64,000 bases of DNA from a virus. Position 1 is the first letter of the stretch. Each line of letters opens with the position of its first letter. The notes beneath the pieces were generated by a model, which ran no database searches, was not told the origin of the DNA, and saw nothing but the letters and a program-made list of their open reading frames with translations. Positions 32,033 through 41,546 of this stretch are shown here, piece after piece. The position numbers were made by a program, and so were the translations under genes. The stretch spans positions 83,377 through 147,376 of IMG/VR virus record IMGVR_UViG_3300029319_000005; one strand, written 5' to 3'.

Positions 32033-32288
32033 TTTGTTCTTCCTGGGCTAATCTTTGACCCTCTTCGACGTCTTCCAGCGCCTGTTGGTACCCTCTAACC
32101 CAGTTTTCTTCAGCTACCGCCATTAAGAATTCGGGAAATTCTTTTGCTAAGACATCAATAATGTTTTCAACAGTGACATTTTCATCGTTAGGATTAGTTT
32201 TGTTTCCAACATAATCAACAAGCAATGATTTTAATTCATTTTCCGGCTCTACTGTTTCAATTAAAGTAGTATTTTGTAATTCCATCAT
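32007..32288 (-). CDS. hypothetical protein
   Basis: 93-aa ORF with AGGAGG SD. Confidence 0.6.
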   Translation of the reverse strand: MMELQNTTLIETVEPENELKSLLVDYVGNKTNPNDENVTVENIIDVLAKEFPEFLMAVAEENWVRGYQQALEDVEEGQRLAQEEQNETLHSGE

Positions 32289-32339
32289 TTCCTCCTGACT
32301 TCAACAGGATAGCACACGAATATTCATAAATTAAAAATT

Positions 32340-33653
32340 TTAAAGAATCTTTGCCGCCAAAGTCGCTGTTTTGGATCTTTCGCCTTTTTTAAGGGTAATG
32401 TGTCCTGCCAAAGATTGTGATTTGAATTTTTCAATCGCATGCGATAAGCCGTTGGAAGTGGCGTCCAAATAAACGTTATCAATTTGTTCGATATCCCCCG
32501 TTAAAATTATTTTTGTATTTTCACCCACACGGGTAATAATAGTCTTAAGCTCGTGAACAGATAGATTCTGAGCTTCATCTATTATTATATAGGCATTAGA
32601 TATTGAACGTCCCCTGATATATGAAAGAGCTTCAATTTCTATTGTTCCATTTTCAAACATTAATTCCATGGTGGATTTGTTGCCTGACATTAAGTATTCC
32701 AAGTTATCCTGTACAGGCATTAGCCACGGGCTCATCTTTTCTTCTAAAGTACCGGGCAGAAATCCAATATCTTTCCCCACTGGCTGTATGGGTCTCGACA
32801 CGACAAGTTTCTTATATTTTTTGCTTCTTTCTTCTAACACCTGCTCTAAGCCCGCTGCTAAAGCAAGAAGTGTTTTTCCCGAACCAGCCCTTCCTATTAT
32901 ACTTACTATTGGTATATCTGGGTCCATAAGAAGGTCAAGAGCAAACATTTGTTCTTTGTTTCTTGGACTAACATTCCAAACCCCATCCGAATAACCATGA
33001 ACTTTTTTTATCGGACTGTTGTAGTCTCTGAACTTAGTAAGACATGTCTTCTTTTCGTTTGCATTTGAAACGAGCATTATATATTGGTTTGGTTGTATGA
33101 TTACGTCTTCTTTGTCAAAATATATTTCTTCCCCTTCGTAGATCCTATCGACCAATTGGTCGTCTACAAGATGAGAGAGCACCCCAGTATAGAGTTCATC
33201 TGTATTTTCGATCGCGTCTTCTGTAATAAAATCTTCAGACTGTATTTCAAGAGAATCACACTTTACGCGCATGTTTATGTCTCTAGATATAACAATAACT
33301 TTTCTTCTAGACGAGTTTTGTATTTCTGTTAACGCAGTACAAATTATTTGGTTGTCTGCACTGGCCATATCAAATCCAAATGGAACATCATCTAGTGCGT
33401 AATCTTTAACAAAAAGCTTTCCTAGTCCTGTTGCCAGTCTAACGCCTTTATGCAGATTTCCCTTTGCTCTCAAAGAGTCAAGAATTCTAATCGTATTTCT
33501 AGCATTTACTCCAACACCGTCTTGTCTTTTTTTATGTTTATCTATCTCATCTAGAACCTTTAGGGGAACTACTATGTCATTGTTTTTATAAAGAAAGATA
33601 GAATTTGCATTAGTTAAAAAAACATTAGTATCAAGAATATAAGTTTTTTTCAT
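32340..33653 (-). CDS. phoH: PhoH-family ATPase with N-terminal PIN domain (PhoH2/YlaK type)
   Basis: ILDTNV PIN motif; GRAGSGKT; GFLPG; RGRS; DEAQN; GDIEQID. Confidence 0.9.
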   Translation of the reverse strand: MKKTYILDTNVFLTNANSIFLYKNNDIVVPLKVLDEIDKHKKRQDGVGVNARNTIRILDSLRAKGNLHKGVRLATGLGKLFVKDYALDDVPFGFDMASADNQIICTALTEIQNSSRRKVIVISRDINMRVKCDSLEIQSEDFITEDAIENTDELYTGVLSHLVDDQLVDRIYEGEEIYFDKEDVIIQPNQYIMLVSNANEKKTCLTKFRDYNSPIKKVHGYSDGVWNVSPRNKEQMFALDLLMDPDIPIVSIIGRAGSGKTLLALAAGLEQVLEERSKKYKKLVVSRPIQPVGKDIGFLPGTLEEKMSPWLMPVQDNLEYLMSGNKSTMELMFENGTIEIEALSYIRGRSISNAYIIIDEAQNLSVHELKTIITRVGENTKIILTGDIEQIDNVYLDATSNGLSHAIEKFKSQSLAGHITLKKGERSKTATLAAKIL

Positions 33654-33736
33654 GTTACTTCCTGCGTATAAGTAAATAGTGGTAATTGAATCTTTACACT
33701 AGTTATTATGCAGGAGTTGGGCCTAAAACGATACTT

Positions 33737-34477
33737 ATGAAACTTAAAAAAATACTTTCTTGTTTATTTTTAATAGTGTTAACGTCTTCATGTGTTAGGC
33801 CAGATATGACTTCGGATATAAGTGTTGGAAAGATACTTCCGAGAAAGTCTTTTGTAAAGGTAATAACTACATACAGGGCAACATCTTGTGTTGAGCCTAA
33901 AAGCGAGAAAGACGCCGGTAATCAATGTGATTATCACTTTTTAAACACAACCTCCTCTGGTGCTGTGGTGAAGGCCAGGAAGGATGGGTCTTTTATCTTA
34001 ACGACAGGTCACTCTTGTTCTAGCAAGAATATACAGTACGCGCCAAATCCAGAAGCCATTATAGATGTTGAACTTTTTGTTTTTGACATAAGAGGCGGTA
34101 AACACATAGCAAAAATAATTAAGATTGATGAAGTAAAAGACATGTGTATGCTACATGTTCCAAGTTTAGTTTGGACTCCGGTAAAAATAAGCTATGTAGA
34201 GCCTAAAAAAGGAGACAAAATTTACAATCTTTCTGCTCCACAGGGTGTTTTTCAAAAAGACACCGTAGTCATATTAGAAGGTAGATATACAGGATATTTT
34301 TGGGGATATTCAATGTATACAGTTCCAGCAATTGGCGGATCTTCCGGCTCACCTTTGTTTAATAAATCAGGTAAGTTAATCGGAATGATACATTCAGTTC
34401 ACAGAAGATTTCATCATCTATCGTTTTCTCCAAAGCACAAAGAGTTGATAGATTTTATTAAAAGTAATACAAAATAA
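33737..34477 (+). CDS. trypsin-like serine protease, lipoprotein
   Basis: Lipobox LTSSC, TTGH, KDM, GGSSGSP. Start re-called at MKLKK. Confidence 0.8.
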   Translation: MKLKKILSCLFLIVLTSSCVRPDMTSDISVGKILPRKSFVKVITTYRATSCVEPKSEKDAGNQCDYHFLNTTSSGAVVKARKDGSFILTTGHSCSSKNIQYAPNPEAIIDVELFVFDIRGGKHIAKIIKIDEVKDMCMLHVPSLVWTPVKISYVEPKKGDKIYNLSAPQGVFQKDTVVILEGRYTGYFWGYSMYTVPAIGGSSGSPLFNKSGKLIGMIHSVHRRFHHLSFSPKHKELIDFIKSNTK

Positions 34478-34481
34478 TCTA

Positions 34482-35270
34482 TTACGGATGATCTTCTACA
34501 ATATCTGATGCTTCCATGTTTGTCGCAGTTCCATTCCCCCCACCTCTTCCAAGATCAGTTAGCTCAGGAAAATTATTGAAATCAGGCCCGTTGCCAAAGA
34601 TATAGTAGTGTTCTGGGAATAGCTCCCTTTCGTTAAAGCACTTGCCATTATTATAAACAATCCCGGCTTTAGTAGAGCTAAGCTCATAATCATAGATTGC
34701 TAATTGAGCTATTTTTCCTGTAACCGGAAAAGATAGGCTAGAGCCGCCAACAAGTCGTGCTCCTATAGTAAAAACATCAGGAAGCAAAACTCCAGCACCT
34801 ACAGAAATAGTAGTTGGGTTGCCGCCATCAAAATATCCTTTCAGGGTGTCTGACCCATTGTATGTAACGAGTAGATGATGCCATGCATCATCGTCTTGAC
34901 CGGCATCGGACAAGGGCAACCCTGACCCGCTTCCCCAAAGCCTTCCAGATCCAGCTTTCCATCCAAAGATACGAACAGTGCCATTTGCGGCAAGGGAACA
35001 CCAATATCTAACATTATTATCAGAAGTCTTGGTAAATGACCATAAAGCGTGATAAGCAGGAGTAGTAAATGCAGGCGTTCTAAACCATACAGACACACTA
35101 TGAGGTTTGCTGTTAAATTCTATCGGTTTAACAGCGCCGTCGCCTCTTACGTATTCATTTGTGCCACCGAAATTATAACATCTATCGCCTGTCGGCAAGG
35201 TTAAATTAGAGGATCTCGATGATGATATTTTTATTTTATTTGTAGAAGAAACAAAGTTTACTTTAGACAT
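34482..35270 (-). CDS. LamG/concanavalin A-like domain protein (probable virion protein)
   Basis: SVSVWF, DDAWHHLLVTY, GKIAQLAIYDYELS. Start re-called at MSKVNF. Confidence 0.8.
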   Translation of the reverse strand: MSKVNFVSSTNKIKISSSRSSNLTLPTGDRCYNFGGTNEYVRGDGAVKPIEFNSKPHSVSVWFRTPAFTTPAYHALWSFTKTSDNNVRYWCSLAANGTVRIFGWKAGSGRLWGSGSGLPLSDAGQDDDAWHHLLVTYNGSDTLKGYFDGGNPTTISVGAGVLLPDVFTIGARLVGGSSLSFPVTGKIAQLAIYDYELSSTKAGIVYNNGKCFNERELFPEHYYIFGNGPDFNNFPELTDLGRGGGNGTATNMEASDIVEDHP

Positions 35271-35295
35271 TTTTGTTACCCTTTCAAATAAGTAG

Positions 35296-35775
35296 TCATT
35301 TAGAGTGTTTATCAGCAATAGAAGCTGCCGCAAATGCATGTGGTTTGATCTTGCAGTTAAAGCCTGCCCCCTTTGCGTATCCTACCAACATATCAGAAAA
35401 TCTACTAGTGGCCTGCTGTCTATCTGTTGCCGAAACGTCTAAATGAATATCAATATCTATAACAGGATTGTGTTCAAGAAGAACCATACCTATTTCAACA
35501 GAATCTTGAACCTCTTTCATTATTCTTTGTAAAAGAGTTGAAAATCTTTTCTTTTTAAAAGTGACTCTTCTTATAAAATATCTTCCACCGGATTGTCCAT
35601 CAGCGCCATATAAACATATAGCTGTCGAGAATATACACTCTTGCTTTCTTATAAAGCTATCACTCCCAACAGAAACTTGCCCATCTTTTTCAGTGTGGTC
35701 TTTTATTATATCAACAATTTCGGAAAATGATAGTGCTTCTCCGGCTCCTGTATTCCATGTATGATCATCTTTCAT
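35296..35775 (-). CDS. RNase H-like YkuK (DUF458) protein
   Basis: VGSDS, RIMKEV, IHLDV, KPHAFAAASIAD. Confidence 0.8.
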   Translation of the reverse strand: MKDDHTWNTGAGEALSFSEIVDIIKDHTEKDGQVSVGSDSFIRKQECIFSTAICLYGADGQSGGRYFIRRVTFKKKRFSTLLQRIMKEVQDSVEIGMVLLEHNPVIDIDIHLDVSATDRQQATSRFSDMLVGYAKGAGFNCKIKPHAFAAASIADKHSK

Positions 35776-36325
35776 TATATTTCCTTACATAATCATACAT
35801 CGCAATTCCAGAGGTTGTCCCAACGTTCATACTTCTAACAGATCCATACTGCCTTATTGATATAACATGGTCCGCAAGTTCTAACATTTCAGGAGTCACC
35901 CCTTCCCCCTCCTCTCCAAAAATCATCAAAGCGTTTTCAGGCCATTCAAAATCTTCCATGGGAACAACGCCTTCAATGTTATTGTCAAGACAAACAAAAG
36001 TATAGCTTTCCTTCAACTTCCACAAGTCATCAAAAGTATCGATATGTTTTAAATCAATATAATGATGGGTGCCAACAGCGCCTCGACGGTCATACTTTTT
36101 TTGACCAACATAGAAGACTTCCCTGGCGTTAAAGGCATTTGAATTCCTGATCAACGTACCGATATTAAAATCCCCTTTCCAGTGTTCCATTAGAACAGCA
36201 AAAGGATGTTTAGTAAGATCTAGAGATTCTTTTATCTCTTCTTTAGTCTTGCCTTTGAATTCGTCAACTACGTTGTATTGCCAACTGTTCCACTGAATAT
36301 TTTGTCTTTGAGTTTTTCCTGACAC
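35765..36325 (-). CDS. SpoU/TrmH-family RNA 2'-O-methyltransferase
   Basis: NIGTLIR, FGEEGEG, SMNV knot motifs. Confidence 0.85.
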   Translation of the reverse strand: MSGKTQRQNIQWNSWQYNVVDEFKGKTKEEIKESLDLTKHPFAVLMEHWKGDFNIGTLIRNSNAFNAREVFYVGQKKYDRRGAVGTHHYIDLKHIDTFDDLWKLKESYTFVCLDNNIEGVVPMEDFEWPENALMIFGEEGEGVTPEMLELADHVISIRQYGSVRSMNVGTTSGIAMYDYVRKYNER

Positions 36326-36564
36326 GGGTCCTCCACTGTAAGTCTCTGATTGAATATTTTCCTATGCTCATCTAGAATAGCTTTAGCGGCAGATTCTAGA
36401 TCTTCAAAAGATCCTATACAAGAGAGCCTTTCATTGCAGTATGCCATGTAAGTGCATATATGCTTGTCTTCAATTTTACAAGCTAGTTCACCAATTAGTA
36501 TTGATTTATACCAAACATCTACCATAGTAGTGTGAGGTTTTTTTGTAAAAGCGAAGTTGGACAT
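36268..36564 (-). CDS. hypothetical protein
   Basis: ORF in tightly packed operon. Confidence 0.5.
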   Translation of the reverse strand: MSNFAFTKKPHTTMVDVWYKSILIGELACKIEDKHICTYMAYCNERLSCIGSFEDLESAAKAILDEHRKIFNQRLTVEDPCQEKLKDKIFSGTVGNTT

Positions 36565-36565
36565 A

Positions 36566-36766
36566 TTACTCCTCTGGACCTATTTCTCTTAGCATATAGT
36601 CCATACTAGTTGTGGCTGGCCAAGCATCTCCGATACGCCAAACAGAGTCAGCGTCAGTACAGCAAACAGGCACAAGCCTTTCGGGATTGGTGTCTTTTTC
36701 TGTTTTCACTTCTTCGCACCCGAATAGCGCGAAAGACAATAATATAATAAGTAATAAATTCTTCAT
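36566..36766 (-). CDS. small lipoprotein
   Basis: Signal peptide with LFGC lipobox. Confidence 0.6.
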   Translation of the reverse strand: MKNLLLIILLSFALFGCEEVKTEKDTNPERLVPVCCTDADSVWRIGDAWPATTSMDYMLREIGPEE

Positions 36767-37050
36767 TCTATCTTCTCCAGATGTTTAAAATCATCAGTTT
36801 GGAAGTATAAGTATTCCCCATTAGAAGAAAAGAACTTATGCAATGTAATTTTCATCCAGTTATCAAAAACTTTTTCGGTTCCAACATAAACCATGGGCTT
36901 AAATAAATGGCTCGGAGTTCGCTTCTTCTGGCTCTCGGATATGTTCCCCCAAACAACCTTATTGATCTCGCCGTTAAAAGAAATAATAGGCCAAATTCTT
37001 TTAGGACTCTCTATTATAGCCATATCGCCTTTTTTTATATCTTCTATCAA
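36763..37050 (-). CDS. hypothetical protein
   Basis: ORF overlapping both neighbours by 4 nt. Confidence 0.5.
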   Translation of the reverse strand: MIEDIKKGDMAIIESPKRIWPIISFNGEINKVVWGNISESQKKRTPSHLFKPMVYVGTEKVFDNWMKITLHKFFSSNGEYLYFQTDDFKHLEKIE

Positions 37051-37502
37051 TTTAGAAACTCGCTAAGGCAATCCGACAAAGCCGATAAGGCCGATATGTC
37101 GCTCATTCTATGATCTTCACCGATTTCTATTAGCTTGACTCCATCATTGTTTATCATAATCTTGGAGCTATCAAGATACGGCACAACATCATCTTTAAAA
37201 GAATGTAAGACTTTTGTACCATAAGGGACGGTCGGATGAACTCCATATTTCTCCCAAGCAGGAGCTATCAAAATAAGATTAGTAGTAAAATGAGCTACCT
37301 GCATCGCCAACGCTCCGCCTCTCGATGATCCTATCACCACGTCAGGTTTGCTTAACATCATTTCCGATGCGATCTTAACGCTATCAGACCAACTATCCTT
37401 TGGTAAGGATGGGTTCAGCACCTCGTGTCCTAGACTTTCAAGGTGCCTTACCTTACTTCCTCCAGGTCTTGACTCCAAGCCGTGCAAAAAAAGTATCTTC
37501 AA
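37047..37502 (-). CDS. YqiA/YcfP-like alpha/beta hydrolase
   Basis: FLHG, GSSRGG nucleophile elbow, DDVV, DHR. TTG start at 37502. Confidence 0.8.
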   Translation of the reverse strand: MKILFLHGLESRPGGSKVRHLESLGHEVLNPSLPKDSWSDSVKIASEMMLSKPDVVIGSSRGGALAMQVAHFTTNLILIAPAWEKYGVHPTVPYGTKVLHSFKDDVVPYLDSSKIMINNDGVKLIEIGEDHRMSDISALSALSDCLSEFLN

Positions 37503-37702
37503 TTTTCTTTCTCCATTTGGCTTTGTCGATAGCAGGCGCATCCCCTCTCCAGAACTGTTATTTTTCGCAGTAAAGTGTCTCTCTCAGATTGCAGTGACAC
37601 GAACTGTTGAGTCATTTCCCAACACCACTTTATAAGATCACCATCTGTAATCTCATTAGAGCTTAAAACTCTCTCTCTAAATTCATCAAGCGTTTCTTTC
37701 AT
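37499..37702 (-). CDS. hypothetical coiled-coil protein
   Basis: First gene after a sigma70-type promoter. Confidence 0.5.
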   Translation of the reverse strand: MKETLDEFRERVLSSNEITDGDLIKWCWEMTQQFVSLQSERDTLLRKITVLERGCACYRQSQMEKEN

Positions 37703-37709
37703 GATTTAT

Positions 37710-37736
37710 ATTATACACAAAAAAAAGAATAAGTCA

Positions 37737-37737
<1 letters not shown>
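37710..37737 (-). promoter_or_regulatory. sigma70-type promoter TTGACT-N16-TATAAT
   Basis: Read directly; the ATG is 8 nt after the -10, so the transcript is likely leaderless. Confidence 0.7.
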
Positions 37738-37810
<73 letters not shown>

Positions 37811-37815
37811 ATCTA

Positions 37816-38433
37816 CTAGATTATTTCGTCTATGAGTCCATACTTAAGACAGGTTTTTGCATCCCACCAGAGATCATGTTTTAGGATCTCGCCAAGCTGC
37901 TTTTTAGGAATTTTGGTATTTTCCTCGTATATTTTTTTAATTGTTTTCATCAAAAGATCACAATTTTGTAAGTCATCTTTCATGTCTTCATACTTGCCCC
38001 ACATCCCGGAAGACAATTGGTGTATTAGCATAAAAGAATGTTCACGCATGTATCTCTTGTCGCCAACAACACTCATAAGAGTCGCTGCCGAGGCTGCACA
38101 TCCATCGATAATAGTATTTACAGGAACCTTGCAATTCTTGATATAGTCCACGCTGGAAAAGCCCGCAAAAACACTGCCACCGTAAGAATTAATGTGCAAG
38201 TTTATATGGATGTCCGGAACGTCCAATATATTAGCACTGTTGCTGTATCTGTTGGATAAGGTGACTATGTACTTATTTAAGTACAGATTGTTCGGTCGAG
38301 TTACTTCAGAATAGAAGTAAATATTGTTATTCTCCCACTCAATCTTGTTGTTTGGTCCAAACCCTGTTCCTTTACTTGTAGTAGTTGTGGTTTGGGGTTT
38401 ATTTGCTTTTGAAAACCAATAGTCTTCGTTCAA
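37816..38433 (-). CDS. clpP: ClpP-like protease subunit
   Basis: INSYGG, AASAA (catalytic Ser), LIHQ, DLWWDA..YGLIDEI. Confidence 0.85.
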   Translation of the reverse strand: MNEDYWFSKANKPQTTTTTSKGTGFGPNNKIEWENNNIYFYSEVTRPNNLYLNKYIVTLSNRYSNSANILDVPDIHINLHINSYGGSVFAGFSSVDYIKNCKVPVNTIIDGCAASAATLMSVVGDKRYMREHSFMLIHQLSSGMWGKYEDMKDDLQNCDLLMKTIKKIYEENTKIPKKQLGEILKHDLWWDAKTCLKYGLIDEII

Positions 38434-38458
38434 AACTATTCTCCTAAATAACTTACAA

Positions 38459-38487
38459 ATTATAGCACATAACTTACTTTTTTTAAA
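38459..38487 (-). promoter_or_regulatory. sigma70-type promoter with extended -10 (TTTAAA-N17-TATAAT, TGn)
   Basis: Minus strand tttaaa aaaagtaagttatgtgc tataat upstream of clpP. Similar sites occur near 31070-31095, 32310-32335 and 41912-41940. Confidence 0.55.
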
Positions 38488-38499
38488 TCAAATTTGGAA

Positions 38500-39390
38500 T
38501 TATCTAAAGTTGGCATAACCTATGTCAATAATAGCTATCTGTCCATTTTTTTCCATAATGTTTGAAGTTTTCAAATCATTAAAGATAATGCCATTGTCGT
38601 ATAAAAAAGTTAGTCCGGATGCAAGTTGGTTAAGATATAAACTTCTCGGGTCACTTAAAACTTTATTTGCGTGTTCTGTTGCCGACAGAGAGTCAGATAA
38701 AGTAGAATTATACATACCGACACTTAAGGTCCAAAATTCAGTAAAAAGTCTTTTTTGTAGTTCATCCCATCCTAAAGTATTAGAAATAGAATCAATTTTT
38801 GGTTCTATCGAGTCCCACTTATTGGAAGAAGGAGTTAAAACGATGGAATCCTTAGACAGGGCATTCAAAAATTGTTTTATAAGATTCTCTGCTTCAGATA
38901 AGTAAGATTCTTTCCACTGGTAGTAAAACTTATCTTTTTTTATTTTATGGAACATAAGCTCTGCTACATCAACCATTAATCTATTTGGATATTCTAAGTA
39001 AGAATATACAATGGCGTATCTCTGATTTTCCAAAGGTCTAAATTCTACGGGCAACTCTTGTGCTTTATAAATTGTGTAAACATTCGGGTGTTCTTTACCA
39101 GCTATCATTTTAGCGGCGCGATACTCTGTGTCATCCGACGTTATCTTCAACACTTTTTTATCAAACAAATAGGCAGAACCTTTTGATCCAGAACCAAGAA
39201 AATCAGGGTCTCCCTTTAGATCTCCCCATTTTTTAAATGATTCTATAGCCCTAGAAGTAAGAGGTATTCTTTTTTGTTCATCAGTTACTTTAGCTAAAGA
39301 ATCATTAATAAATCTTCTTCCGCTGTCTAATGTATTGATACGCTCGTCTAGACTTTTATATGCTCTCCATCCTGCAAAAATATCTCGCAT
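38500..39390 (-). CDS. protein-kinase-like protein with leader motif
   Basis: LGSGSKGSAY, VLKIT, DLKTSNIM, IIDIG; N-terminus WRAYKSLDE. Confidence 0.75.
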   Translation of the reverse strand: MRDIFAGWRAYKSLDERINTLDSGRRFINDSLAKVTDEQKRIPLTSRAIESFKKWGDLKGDPDFLGSGSKGSAYLFDKKVLKITSDDTEYRAAKMIAGKEHPNVYTIYKAQELPVEFRPLENQRYAIVYSYLEYPNRLMVDVAELMFHKIKKDKFYYQWKESYLSEAENLIKQFLNALSKDSIVLTPSSNKWDSIEPKIDSISNTLGWDELQKRLFTEFWTLSVGMYNSTLSDSLSATEHANKVLSDPRSLYLNQLASGLTFLYDNGIIFNDLKTSNIMEKNGQIAIIDIGYANFR

Positions 39391-39391
39391 G

Positions 39392-39976
39392 TTATTTCTC
39401 TATGTCTTCTAATAGACGAGATATCGCCCAGCGTTTATTACGAGAAAAATTCTCGTAATACTCTATTTCGGCAGCTTCTTTGAAATGAAATGGACGCCCC
39501 TTAACCCGCGACATAAATTCTGATTCTTCGCCCATCTTAATCCCACCAACATCCATTGTCTCACCAAAAGGGGGGTATTCATTGTCAGGCCTAGTTCCTA
39601 CAAGAAAAGCGTCGCTCGCGCCGCGAGGTATTAGAAGAACAGAGTCTTGCTCGTACTCAATGCCAAAATTTTCTATCGATTTAAAGAAATTAGGCTTATT
39701 ATGTTTGTTTACAACAAGCAGGCTCTCTTCTGTAACTTCTACTGCCTCTGGAGTTTCAAAGTTTTCAATAAATGAGCCCACAAGTTTAGCGACACCATAG
39801 CCTCTTTTGAGTAGACGAGCTTTTAATATTTGTCCTTTTTCTTTGTTCTCTTTTGCGGTATTTTCTGCACGATAAGCAGAAATGATAGCAGTGTCGTATT
39901 CTTTCATATGAGAGTAAAATCTAGATAAAGATGATTCTGCTAAAAATATTCTCCATTCATGTAGTATATCTTGCAT
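39392..39976 (-). CDS. SAM lyase (T3 SAMase-like) with leader motif
   Basis: ISAYR..EN..GSFIE..TEES..EYEQDSVL parallels T3 SAMase VSAFR..GCYRE..TEEK..EWEQDCVL (T3 sequence recalled from memory). Confidence 0.7.
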   Translation of the reverse strand: MQDILHEWRIFLAESSLSRFYSHMKEYDTAIISAYRAENTAKENKEKGQILKARLLKRGYGVAKLVGSFIENFETPEAVEVTEESLLVVNKHNKPNFFKSIENFGIEYEQDSVLLIPRGASDAFLVGTRPDNEYPPFGETMDVGGIKMGEESEFMSRVKGRPFHFKEAAEIEYYENFSRNKRWAISRLLEDIEK

Positions 39977-40047
39977 AATTTTTAGTGCCTCGCTAGTAAG
40001 TAGGGTTCGTCAAATAAAAGATATCTAATATATCTACTTACTATACT

Positions 40048-40665
40048 ATGAGCAAAGTCTCAACAAATAAGTCTAACATAGAAAAAGAAAAATTCAAGAA
40101 AAGATTTCAGAAAAGAACAATGTTAGAAATCTCCGCCTTAGTTCTTGAACTTGAAGAGGCTGAAGAGTTGGACATAGAGTACAGCAAAAAGTTTTCTGCG
40201 GACTTTAAGGATGAGTTAAAGTATAAAGCTGCTCTCTTAGACGAGATTGAAAATGCTCCTACAGAGGAGGAAAACATCTCAAAGTCTAAAAAGTCAGAGC
40301 CACATGATTTTATAAAAACTCTATACAGAGAAATAGCTAAAAAGACACATCCTGACAGATTTGGAGATGAGTACCAAGACCAATTTAAAACTGCCAGTGT
40401 TGCCTATGAAGAAGAGGAGTGGCTTACACTGCTAATGATAGCTGCCGATTTAAGTATTAACATGCCCCTCTTTGATCAAGATGCTCAACAAATAATAAGT
40501 AAAGAGATAGAACACAAAAGACGATTACTAGAAAAAAAGAAAGAGTCCCTAGTATGGGCCTGGGCTTCGTCGGATGACTGTCCAGAGACAAGGCGCAAAG
40601 CTAGGTCTTACATGGACATCGATGAAGATAAATTCCAAGAATTTTTAAAAAAAGACTCTATGTAG
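40048..40665 (+). CDS. J-domain-containing protein
   Basis: LYREIAKKTHPDR...FKTASVAYE. Confidence 0.75.
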   Translation: MSKVSTNKSNIEKEKFKKRFQKRTMLEISALVLELEEAEELDIEYSKKFSADFKDELKYKAALLDEIENAPTEEENISKSKKSEPHDFIKTLYREIAKKTHPDRFGDEYQDQFKTASVAYEEEEWLTLLMIAADLSINMPLFDQDAQQIISKEIEHKRRLLEKKKESLVWAWASSDDCPETRRKARSYMDIDEDKFQEFLKKDSM

Positions 40666-40918
40666 CACCATCAGAGAGGTCCGCAATTTCTTCTTCAGAG
40701 TCCTCTAATCTAGTGAAATGAACTTCCATAAAGCTGTCGTCCGTGAGCCAAACAGGCCTAAACTTTAGGGAATTGTTGTCCTCGCTAATCTCTTGTAAGT
40801 CTGGGTTGTGGTTTACGAGATAGTTAACCACAATCTTTTGTACTTGATCTTTTTCTAGAGAAATGCTACCAAGGTAGGTAACTTCTCCTTCAGCATTTTG
40901 TTCAGTATCGGTACTCAT
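40658..40918 (-). CDS. hypothetical protein
   Basis: ORF in small operon. Confidence 0.5.
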   Translation of the reverse strand: MSTDTEQNAEGEVTYLGSISLEKDQVQKIVVNYLVNHNPDLQEISEDNNSLKFRPVWLTDDSFMEVHFTRLEDSEEEIADLSDGAT

Positions 40919-40920
40919 TT

Positions 40921-41112
40921 TTAATCCTTATTTTCGTATTGTTTGTCTACTGCTGAAACAATTGACCACGTTTCAGATCCTTCTCTACGGTTATTGCACG
41001 CTACATAAGCTTCAGTGGAAGCTTGGGGGAAGGTATGTGCCTCTACAAGTATACTCTCTCTCTTACCAGTTGAAGAGCTTTGTATAATAAATTCAAATTG
41101 TTTAATTGGCAT
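40921..41112 (-). CDS. hypothetical protein
   Basis: ORF in small operon. Confidence 0.5.
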   Translation of the reverse strand: MPIKQFEFIIQSSSTGKRESILVEAHTFPQASTEAYVACNNRREGSETWSIVSAVDKQYENKD

Positions 41113-41116
41113 TTTA

Positions 41117-41350
41117 TTATCCTAAAATAAGCTTTTTATTTTCTTTAACAGAGGTTTCTTTTTCTTCCAGCACTTCTTCAAGTTGAAGAGAGGCTAGATG
41201 TGGGTATTTTTCAAATACTTCAGGAAGAGTTAATTTTTCTTCTATCTGAATTTTCTTTATCTGTTCTGCTACTTTACCCATCGTTCCCTCTATAAAATTC
41301 TTCTTGTACTCTCTTTTCCGTATCTTCAAACTTTTTTTCGAATTTGTCAA
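41117..41350 (-). CDS. hypothetical protein (true start probably MGKVAE at ~41281)
   Basis: GAGGG SD before the internal ATG. Confidence 0.45.
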   Translation of the reverse strand: MTNSKKSLKIRKREYKKNFIEGTMGKVAEQIKKIQIEEKLTLPEVFEKYPHLASLQLEEVLEEKETSVKENKKLILG

Positions 41351-41546
41351 TCTTTTTTTTTAAAAGATCGCAGTCTTCCTTATTTCTTATTTCAAGACAC
41401 CTAGAATATACTTGCATTATAAACGCCTGATCTCTACCATCATTGAACCCATGTATATAACCAAGATCATGACTATAATATCTGTTATTTGTACAAGAAA
41501 TAAAAAGTGGAAGTAATAAAAAGTTAAGAAATAAAGATCTTACCAT
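41274..41546 (-). CDS. small lipoprotein
   Basis: Signal peptide with FISC lipobox. Confidence 0.55.
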   Translation of the reverse strand: MVRSLFLNFLLLPLFISCTNNRYYSHDLGYIHGFNDGRDQAFIMQVYSRCLEIRNKEDCDLLKKKIDKFEKKFEDTEKRVQEEFYRGNDG

